DNA of 51,406 bases from a bacterium (lineage in GTDB: Bacteria; Vulcanimicrobiota; Vulcanimicrobiia; Vulcanimicrobiales; Vulcanimicrobiaceae). Of the stretch, positions 16,497 through 24,400 are shown piece by piece. The stretch lies in assembly GCA_021781595.1 (NCBI GenBank), contig JAJXWN010000001.1:1-51406 (forward strand), in the 5' to 3' direction. The notes under the pieces were generated by a model. It was not told where the DNA came from. It made no database searches and saw nothing but the letters and a program-made list of their open reading frames with translations. A program made the translations under genes and the position numbers. Position 1 is the stretch's first letter. Each line of letters opens with the position of its first letter.

Positions 16497-16904
16497 TTAC
16501 GGCGACGGCGTCGCCTTTTCGGTAATTCCGAGGATTTTTTCAACCTGCGGCGTTATATCGGTCCCGCCGTACCCGACGAACTCGCGCGTGACGACGAGTT
16601 TCATGTTTTTTTCGCGGGCTACTTGCGTGGCCGCATCGCGCACTTCCTTGACGAGTTCGTTCTGTATTCCCGCATAACGCTTCTCTAACTGCATTGCCTG
16701 CTGGCGCTTCTGCGAGACCGATGCCTTGCTCGAGGAGATGGCCTGCTCGTCGGCAACCAACTGGTTTTGATAGTTGATGTACTTGGGCCAGTTGGATGTC
16801 AGGCGTTGAACGTCGACGAGTCCGATGGGGCTGCGCGAGCCGCCGGAGCATCCGGCGAGCGCGGCCGCTGCCGCGGCCGCAAGAAGTATCATTCGTAATT
16901 TCAC
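16497..16904 (-). CDS. skp: OmpH/Skp-family periplasmic chaperone (lipoprotein-like)
   Basis: 135 aa. It has a signal peptide with a lipobox-like LAGC. The core is Skp-like (VDVQRL...QQAMQLEKRYAGIQNELVKEVRDAATQVAREKNMKLVV). The GTG at 16904 overlaps the upstream stop; an alternative ATG is at 16892. Confidence 0.75.
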   Translation of the reverse strand: MKLRMILLAAAAAAALAGCSGGSRSPIGLVDVQRLTSNWPKYINYQNQLVADEQAISSSKASVSQKRQQAMQLEKRYAGIQNELVKEVRDAATQVAREKNMKLVVTREFVGYGGTDITPQVEKILGITEKATPSP

Positions 16905-18211
16905 TGGTGTACGCTCTCTATATCCTTTTTGACGGCGCCGGTTAGATCGACGCCGCCCGGCGCCGCCTCGACGTTGACGAAGACGACTTTCAGACCGCGC
17001 GCAGCGGCGACTCGCGCGGCGTCACGCCGGACCTGCGCGACGATCTGCGCGTAGAGTTTTGCCCGCTGCTGGTTCAGTTGATAGATTTGCGCGGCCGCTG
17101 CGCCGCTGATGCCGCCGGTGACGCCGTGCAGCGCCGCGTAGCGCGCGTCGAGATCCGCCTTGGTGGTTTCGTAATCCGTGATCGTTTTTTGCGCGTCGGC
17201 CTGAAACTTCGTTTTGAACATCTGGTCGATCTGCGCGATCTTCGCGCGCATCGCTGCCGGAAGATCTGACGGCAAAGGCTGCGGCGCCAGCCCTTGAATC
17301 CGCGAGGCTATCTTCGCGCCGACTTCGCTGCGGCGGGCGGCGATCTTGGCTCGAGTCTGCGCATGGATCGCGGAAGCCTGCCGGGCGATGGCGGCCTGCG
17401 TTTCCCCCTGCAATCGCTGCCGGTACGCCGCCAGCACTCGCCGGTCGCTGACGCGCTGTGCATCCAGAACGGCGGATTCCTTGCGGTCGAGCGCAGCCAG
17501 CTCCGACTGGTATTTCTTTCGCGTGGCACTGTCGAGCACGAGATTCGAGAGTTTCGTCCGTAAATCCAGCCGCTCGGCGGCGTCGCGTTGCGAGAGCTCG
17601 AGAGAGAGCTGCGATTCTTTTTCCTGCAGCTGCTGTGCGCGCAATCGATACTTACGGTCCGCCTCTACGGAAAGCTGATGCCCTATCGCCGTTACCGCCG
17701 CTTGATCCTGGGCGATGACGCTCTGCTGGTAGGCCTCGAAGTCTCGATTGGCTTGCGCGGTTACCTCGCCCGCCTGCTGCGCGGTAACCGTCTGCATGGA
17801 GCGCGCCGATTGCGCGCCGGCGCCGGCTTCGCCCGCCGCGACCAGCGCGGCGTGAATCGCGGCCTGCTCGCGGCTGGAATACGTCTGCTCCTTGCTCTGC
17901 AGTATCGCCGTCGCCCGGTCTTGTGCGGCCTTCAGTTCGCGGTCCAGCTGCTTGCTTTGCGCCGCGATCTCCGCGCCGGTCTTGGGAAGGGACGGCGCGA
18001 TGGGTTGTAGCCGCAGAGCTGCGATGTCGTCGTTGATTTGTGAGAGTTGCGAATAGAGCGGGTGCGCCTTTACGACCTCTGCCAGCCGCACGTACCCGAT
18101 GCCGCGCACGTTCGGCGCGTTGACATCGAGCGGCCGGCTGCAGCCTGAGAGGAACACCAACGCAAGCGCCAGCGCCGCTGCCGGCAGGTTACTTGAGCGC
18201 ATTTTGGACAT
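16901..18211 (-). CDS. OmpH/Skp-like protein with a greatly extended coiled coil (lipoprotein-like)
   Basis: 436 aa. Signal peptide plus LSGC. The central region is long and rich in Q/A/R/E (coiled-coil-like). The C-terminal end, ARGLKVVFVNVEAAPGGVDLTGAVKKDI, matches the Skp C-terminal strand pattern. Confidence 0.6.
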   Translation of the reverse strand: MSKMRSSNLPAAALALALVFLSGCSRPLDVNAPNVRGIGYVRLAEVVKAHPLYSQLSQINDDIAALRLQPIAPSLPKTGAEIAAQSKQLDRELKAAQDRATAILQSKEQTYSSREQAAIHAALVAAGEAGAGAQSARSMQTVTAQQAGEVTAQANRDFEAYQQSVIAQDQAAVTAIGHQLSVEADRKYRLRAQQLQEKESQLSLELSQRDAAERLDLRTKLSNLVLDSATRKKYQSELAALDRKESAVLDAQRVSDRRVLAAYRQRLQGETQAAIARQASAIHAQTRAKIAARRSEVGAKIASRIQGLAPQPLPSDLPAAMRAKIAQIDQMFKTKFQADAQKTITDYETTKADLDARYAALHGVTGGISGAAAAQIYQLNQQRAKLYAQIVAQVRRDAARVAAARGLKVVFVNVEAAPGGVDLTGAVKKDIESVHQ

Positions 18212-18992
18212 CCGCGGTGATGTCCGTGCCCCCGTAGATGACGTCGGACCGGTCGATGACGAGTATCAGGTTCTTCTTCTTCGCGATATCCGCCATGGCG
18301 CGTTTTGTCTCGTCGACCAGCGGCTGCAGCACCTTTTTCTGCTCGCCGTTGATGGTGCTCTGATAGGTCTTGACGATCTGCTCGCGCTCGGCCGGCGTCT
18401 TCGCCTTAGCCAGCTGCGTTTCGGTTTGCTGCTTCTGGTCGTTCGCAAACTTGAGAAATACGTCGTTGGCCTGTTTGATCTTCGCGACCTGATCGATCTG
18501 CAGCTGATCGACGAAACCGATCTCGGATGGCGGCGGCGTGTTGACTGGCGGCACGACGGGGCCCGGGCTCTGGATCAGGCTGATGACGCTCGCGGTGATG
18601 TTCTGGCCGCCGTAGATCACGATGCGCTTGTCAACGACGACCGAAAGGCCTTTGTTCGAGCTGACCTGCGCGATCGCCGTTTGAGCGCGCGCAAAGAGCG
18701 GTCCGAGCACCCGGCGCTGTTCGTCGAGAAAGCGCTTTTGGAACTGCTGTGCGATGCGCGCTCGGTCGGCGTCCGACTTGGCGCTCTTCGACGCCGCCGC
18801 GAACTGCTGATCGAGCTGCGCTTTGTATTGCGCGATCTCGGCGTTGGCCTTCTGGAACTGTGGGAGCGAGCCGACCGCGGCTTGATCGATGTAGCCTACG
18901 TCGGTGAGGTCCGTAGCCAGCGCTGCGGGGGCAAAGGCGAACGCGAGAGCCGCGGCCGCTCCCAGCACTGCAAACTTATTGCGAATATTCAT
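18189..18992 (-). CDS. Tandem-domain OmpH/Skp-family chaperone
   Basis: 267 aa. After a signal peptide (AFAFAPAALA), there are two consecutive Skp-like units. Each ends in ...KGLSVVVDKRIVIYGGQNITASV and ...KKNLILVIDRSDVIYGGTDITADV respectively. Confidence 0.7.
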   Translation of the reverse strand: MNIRNKFAVLGAAAALAFAFAPAALATDLTDVGYIDQAAVGSLPQFQKANAEIAQYKAQLDQQFAAASKSAKSDADRARIAQQFQKRFLDEQRRVLGPLFARAQTAIAQVSSNKGLSVVVDKRIVIYGGQNITASVISLIQSPGPVVPPVNTPPPSEIGFVDQLQIDQVAKIKQANDVFLKFANDQKQQTETQLAKAKTPAEREQIVKTYQSTINGEQKKVLQPLVDETKRAMADIAKKKNLILVIDRSDVIYGGTDITADVQNALK

Positions 18993-18998
18993 AGCTCC

Positions 18999-21287
18999 TC
19001 AGAAACTCTGGCCGATGCCGAAACTCGTGTGCATGCCGTTGGCCCCGCGAGCGAAGTCGATGCGTATCGTGTGCAGACCGAGCTGCGGAACGTCGAAACG
19101 CAAGCCGATGCCATAATCGCCACGGTACGCCCAGTTACCGGGGTAGGCGGTGATCCGGTTCGTGTAGGGATCGAGCAGCGGTTGGGCGCCGCGCACGCGG
19201 AACCCACCTTCGTCGACGAACAACGCGATCGCGAACTTCCCGTCGGGCGTCACCGGCTGCCGCAACTCGATCTGCCCGAGCGTCGTGTCCGTACCGTAGT
19301 AGATGTTCGCGTAGCCGCGCAGTTGCTGGTCGTCGAAGGTATAGAGCATGCTCGGCGGAATAGCGCCGCTGCTGGTCCGGACCTGGGCGTGGAAGCCGAG
19401 CGTTGCGTCCTTGAGCACCGGCAGGAATTTCGTCACGTCGAAACTCGTCTGAGTGAAGGAGAAATCCGAGCCCAGCGACGGCGTGCTGACGGTTTCGTAC
19501 AAAGAAACGTTGCCGCCGCGCCGCGGGTTGAAGATGTCGTCGAGCGTCGCTTGGGGATTGGTTCCGATGCCGACGGTGACGGAGTTCAAGCGGTAGGGTG
19601 CGCCCGTATTGATGTTCGCGATCGAGGTCGCGTTGATGCCGAAGCCGCCCGTCGTCCCGATCGTGCTCTGCAGCGGCCCCGGCGTCGGCCCCGGTAAGAC
19701 GTTGGGTTGCGAGGTCTGGAAGTAGTACGGCGAAGGCACGGTCGTACTGTTCGAAACATTCTGCGCGTTGACGCCCACGCTCACTTGCGTCCAGTCGGTC
19801 AAACGGCGCCCGACGGTCAGCGAGATGCCGGCGGACTTCGCGGTGCTGGTCGCCGCTACGCCGTTGATGAGCTGCGAACTGCCGGTCTGCAGAAGCGTGA
19901 CCGGGATGGTCGCTTGATTCGGCCCGGTGCTCGTTGCGTAGACGGGGTAGTAGTAGGTATAGCCGTTCGTGAAGAGCGTAGCGGCCAGGCTATACTTCTG
20001 CGACTGCGTCGTATTCCCGACGTAGGGAATCGAGACCGACGCCTGCGTCAGGTACGTACGGGCGCCGCGCTGGAACTGCAAGCCAACCGAATTGCCCGTG
20101 CCGTGAAGGTTGTTGTCGGAGTATCCGAGCGTGCCATAGAGGCCCTGGCCTGCGATGCCGCCGCTATACCCGAAGCCGATATTGGCTTGAGCGGTCCGCT
20201 GTTCGGTGACCTGCCAATCCAGCACGACGCCGCCCGGGTCGGTCTTGGGATTCGGAGCCGGTTTGGGGATGAGATTGACCTTGGCGAAGAACCCGGTATT
20301 ATTTAGGCGCTCCTGGTCGCGCCGAATCGCGCTCTTGGTGATGATCATCCCCGGGCGCAAGCTCAAATAGCGGCGGATCACCTGGTCTTTGGTCTTGGTG
20401 TTGCCGGTGATCATCACGCCGGCGACCCGCGCTACGTAAATGTCGTATTTTACCGCAGCCGTACCGGCTTTTAGATCGATGGTAGCCGGATCGATGCCGC
20501 CGTCGAAAGCGCCCAGCACGAGGTCGTATTTGCCATACAACTTGTCGAGTGCCGAATAGTCTTTATCCCGCATCGCGCTCGAATACTCGAGGCCCGGTTT
20601 GACATTGAGCGCCGGAAGAATGACGCTCGGCGGCAGCACCGGGTCGCCGCCGATCTCGATCGTGGAGATCGTCAATCCTTCGCGGATGTCTATGGTCAGC
20701 GCGTCCGTCTTGGGGTTGATGTCGACGTTGGTAACGTGCGTCGGCAGCTGCCCGCCGTACCCGATGCGATCGTAATAGGAATTGATTTTGATGAAATCTT
20801 CGTGAAGGGTATTGGTATTGAGCACCTGGCCGACGGACGTATCCATGAGCGCCAGCAGCGTGTCGCTGGGCACGTGGGTATTGCCCGAGAAGACGATCTT
20901 GCTGATGACCGGGTTTTCGATGACCCTGTAGGTGATCGCGACGCCGCCTGGACGCGGGCGGATCAGCGGCGGAGCCTGGTTTGCAAAGTATCCCAGAGCG
21001 AAGATTCGCTGCAAGTCGCCCTGCACGATCTTTGGATCGTACGTCATGCCGGGCTTGGCCGCAATGACCGCCATGATCTCGCTGGTGGGCACGTGCACGT
21101 TTCCAGAGATGTCGACGCTAACGATCTTCGGCGCAGTGGCCGAAGATGCCGGGATGGGGAAGGCCAGCGTCGCAGCGCAGGTGAGTGCGAGGGCGAGGCT
21201 TGCACACCGGACAAGCGCGCCGCGAGCACGCCGGAGGCTTGAGGTCATCGAAAATGTTCTTTCATTTGAGAGTACGCTAGCCGGCAT
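18999..21287 (-). CDS. bamA: Outer membrane protein assembly factor BamA (POTRA repeats plus Omp85 barrel)
   Basis: 762 aa. POTRA-like repeats include KIVSVDISGNVHVPTSEIMAVI... and ISKIVFSGNTHVPSDTLLALM... The C-terminal barrel ends in ...HTSFGIGQSF. An alternative start at 21248 (MTSSLRRARG...) gives a cleaner signal peptide. Confidence 0.9.
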   Translation of the reverse strand: MPASVLSNERTFSMTSSLRRARGALVRCASLALALTCAATLAFPIPASSATAPKIVSVDISGNVHVPTSEIMAVIAAKPGMTYDPKIVQGDLQRIFALGYFANQAPPLIRPRPGGVAITYRVIENPVISKIVFSGNTHVPSDTLLALMDTSVGQVLNTNTLHEDFIKINSYYDRIGYGGQLPTHVTNVDINPKTDALTIDIREGLTISTIEIGGDPVLPPSVILPALNVKPGLEYSSAMRDKDYSALDKLYGKYDLVLGAFDGGIDPATIDLKAGTAAVKYDIYVARVAGVMITGNTKTKDQVIRRYLSLRPGMIITKSAIRRDQERLNNTGFFAKVNLIPKPAPNPKTDPGGVVLDWQVTEQRTAQANIGFGYSGGIAGQGLYGTLGYSDNNLHGTGNSVGLQFQRGARTYLTQASVSIPYVGNTTQSQKYSLAATLFTNGYTYYYPVYATSTGPNQATIPVTLLQTGSSQLINGVAATSTAKSAGISLTVGRRLTDWTQVSVGVNAQNVSNSTTVPSPYYFQTSQPNVLPGPTPGPLQSTIGTTGGFGINATSIANINTGAPYRLNSVTVGIGTNPQATLDDIFNPRRGGNVSLYETVSTPSLGSDFSFTQTSFDVTKFLPVLKDATLGFHAQVRTSSGAIPPSMLYTFDDQQLRGYANIYYGTDTTLGQIELRQPVTPDGKFAIALFVDEGGFRVRGAQPLLDPYTNRITAYPGNWAYRGDYGIGLRFDVPQLGLHTIRIDFARGANGMHTSFGIGQSF

Positions 21288-21401
21288 TTCTTAAAACCGG
21301 CAGTGTAACGCGCCCGGAGCGCGCGTCGTTTCGACCCGGTGCGCCTGTTCGCGAACCGAACGGCGGGTCCTTGCAAGGGGGCAAGCCCCCGCGGCGCGCG
21401 C

Positions 21402-24400
21402 TCAAAATAGCCGTTGGAACGTGAAGGTAAAGCCGCTCTGCCCACCCAGGGCCTGACCGGCAGTCACTCGAGGGTTGGTCGAGATGGTGCCCAACGGGGA
21501 GAGGAACGACGACTCGGCGCTGGGCTGGAAGAACATGCTGAACTGGACCGCTGTGAACGCATTTGGCTGGTACTGGAGACCGAAGGTCTGCCGCAGCGGC
21601 ACGCCGATCGTCGTCGCGTAGACCGCGTAGAAGTTCCGCGCCAAGAGCCGCCGGAAATTGATGCCGAAGTCCCCGTTATAATCGAAGGTGAGGTTCACGT
21701 CCGAAAGCCCCAGGCCGGACCCCAGCGCCGATTCGATGGGCGCCAGAAGTCCGGTCGCGAACTGCGCGTTGAGGAGGTTAAAGGCTTCCTGGCCGACCGT
21801 GAGCGTCCCGTTTTCGCGTTGCACGAAGACCCGTGGAAGCGGGGCCCCGGTCCCCGCCGGCGGGGCCCCCGCGATCTCTCCCGTAGGCGCGAGCTGGCCG
21901 CCAGTGGTGAACGCAATACTGCCGACAAAGCCGCCGAGCGGGAGCAGCAGCGCAACGATCTGGTCGCGCGTATACCCGCCCGGGTTGGAGGAGAAGGTTA
22001 CGTGCGGGTTGGTCAGCGCGCCGGAGACGTCGATCGTGATGTCCGTCGAGCCCGTCGGATTGCGCGCGGTGCTAGGGTCGGGGTTGAGGACGTGCGTAAC
22101 GCCTACCGCCTGGATATTCGGGACGACGCCGTCCTGCGGTTTGAAGACGACGCTGCCCGACTGTACGCGAAAGGCGTGGTCCACATAGGTGAGCGTTCCG
22201 CCCGTCGATTCGAAACGCCCGTCGAGCGTCGGATCGGCTAGCGTGCCGCCAAGCATCACCGTCCCCTCCCCCGAGATGTCGAGTCCGGCGGCGAACCCTC
22301 CGCTGCGAACCCGCACGTTCCGGCCCGCCGTAACGCCCAGGTCGAACGCCAAGTTCGGAAGAGGGCGCTCCGGCCCGCCGCTACGAGAATTCGAACCGCC
22401 GCCCAAGAACGCCGAGAACGGGATGATCGCATCCCGCACCGTGGCGTTCCCCGAAAGCACCGCGGTCTTCGCCGGTCTCTTCACCAGCCGCAGCGTCGAG
22501 TCTACCGTCCCTTGCCCGTAGGCCGGCAGGTTGAACTGCGCGCCGCTCATCCGAATCTCGGCGTCGTAGGCGATCGCGCCGTTGCTGGCTCCGCCCTTCA
22601 AGCTCAGCGCGCCCGTTGCGTCGAGGGTGCCACGCCCCGGTTGCGCGTGAAGGCGAACGAGAGTCACGCGGTCGCCGGAGAAGGTCAGGTCTCCGACCGT
22701 TGCCACTATCGGGATCGTCTCCAGCGCGCTGGAATATCTTGCGGCTGCCAGGTGGAGCGCGCCGTAAACTTTCGGGTTTGCGACCGTTCCGTTCAGACCG
22801 ACGTGCCCGTCGATCGTCCCTCCCAGGGCCGTCGCATTCCCGAAGAGCGGATCGAAGGCGCTGACATCCAGCGCCTTCGCCGCGATATCCACGGAGAGCG
22901 GCGCCCCGGCCGGACCGATCGAAAACGGTCGCATCTGCAGCGGAAACTCGCCGGCAAACGACGAGCTCCCGTGCAAGAACGAGAGTTCCGCGTTGCGGAT
23001 CACAACGTCGCGCCCGCGCAGCGTAACTGAAGCGAGCACCGAGGGGATCGCCACGCCATATGCGTTTGCGCCGGTTCCGTATACGGCGGCGACGAACTTC
23101 GGTGCGGCAAGCGTGCCGCCGATCGTGACGGTCGACTCAAAATGGCCGCTCACGCCAATGGTCCTTTTCGTGAGTTCGGCGACGAGACTGCGCACGTCGT
23201 CGCTCTGCACGTGAACGGTAAAGGCCAGCGGATCGGAGGACGACAGGCCCACGCTACCGCTTCCGGTCGCGGCGAGCGCGGGAAGGTCCAACGTCAGGTT
23301 CGTCACATCGATGCGCGAGCCGGCGGCGCGCGCCGCGATCTCGGCGTGCGAAATCGGCACCGGCCCGATCGTGCCGTCACGCAGCGTTGCATCTCCGCCG
23401 ATTCCAATGTGCGGATAGCGCCCCAAGATGCGCGCGTTGCCGTCGACCCGCCCCGTAAGCGGGATAGTCGGAAAGCCGAAGGCGGGCAGCCACGTGGAGA
23501 GATCGAGATCGCTCAGGCTCGTGCTCACGTCGTAGCGCGAGTGCTCGATCGTCCCGCGCAAGGAGCGTGAGGGCGCGAGCTGGACCGAGCCGGTCGCATT
23601 CAGGCGGCCCTGCGGACCGCCTACTGCGAGGCTTCCGGTAACCTCGGTGCGCCGGCTCGACCAGAGGGCGCTGGTGTCGCCGATTGGGAGGCTTCGGTAC
23701 CGGAAGCCGCGCACGTCTACCTTCCCGCTGGTCACGAAACGGCGATGGGTGCGCAGTATCGAGAAGACCGCGGAGCCGCGGCCCGAAAGCGTGTCACCGG
23801 TATCGAAAAAATCGTTGAAGTCGGAGAGCCGGGCGCTCGGAGCCTGGACCGCCAGGGCGGCGACGTGGCGGCGGAGCATGGCGTAGAAGCCGGTGGCGGT
23901 CGAACCGACGAGCACGTGCCCCGCGCGTGCCGTAACCCCGCTTGGGTCCGCGGAGATGCGGGCTCTTGCGTCGACGAAGCCCATGCCGTTCACATCTCCG
24001 ACGGGTAGGGCGAGCGCTCCAGTCAGCGATGGCTGCCTTCCACGGCCGCGGAGATCGAACGTTCCGCTGAAGCTGCCCTCGGTTTCGTAGGTGGGAAGCC
24101 GCAACGCGGCGGCGATCGCGCGGACGTCACCCATTGGGACCGTGGCCTGCAGCGCGTAGACCGGCGCGCCGGAGGAGAGGGCGCCGACGGTTCCGCTGCC
24201 GCGCGCGTACGTGGTTCCCAGGGACCCTACGGCGTCACGCAGATGCAGTGCATCGCCCGCCACGGCAATCCGGGCACTGCCGCTCACGGGATAGCCCGCA
24301 GCCTGGCCGCCGCGCACGACCACGGTGCCCCGGAAGTCCGGCAGACGCGTTCCGGCGGAGACGATTCCGCTCGCGCTCACCCGGCCGCGCTGCAACGGGA

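Noticed and set aside
16194-16688. ORFs that read through the MITE copies and share [44 protein letters not shown] (also 14992..15525 minus and 34302..34541 plus), and the [28 protein letters not shown] frame
   Set aside because: The differences between copies in these frames are nonsynonymous (F/Y, F/L, R/W, V/M). The ORFs have no consistent start or stop and continue into unrelated flanks. Conservation is better explained at the DNA or RNA level.
18099-19697. 532-aa plus-strand ORF overlapping the skp paralog and bamA
   Set aside because: It is antisense to two genes with clear family signatures. It is Arg/Leu/Asp-rich and low in complexity, with no start-site context.
21376-21392. GGGGGCAAGCCCCC hairpin between tamB and bamA as a terminator
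   Set aside because: It has a 5-bp stem with a 4-nt loop and no following T-tract on the minus strand. The two genes are probably co-transcribed.
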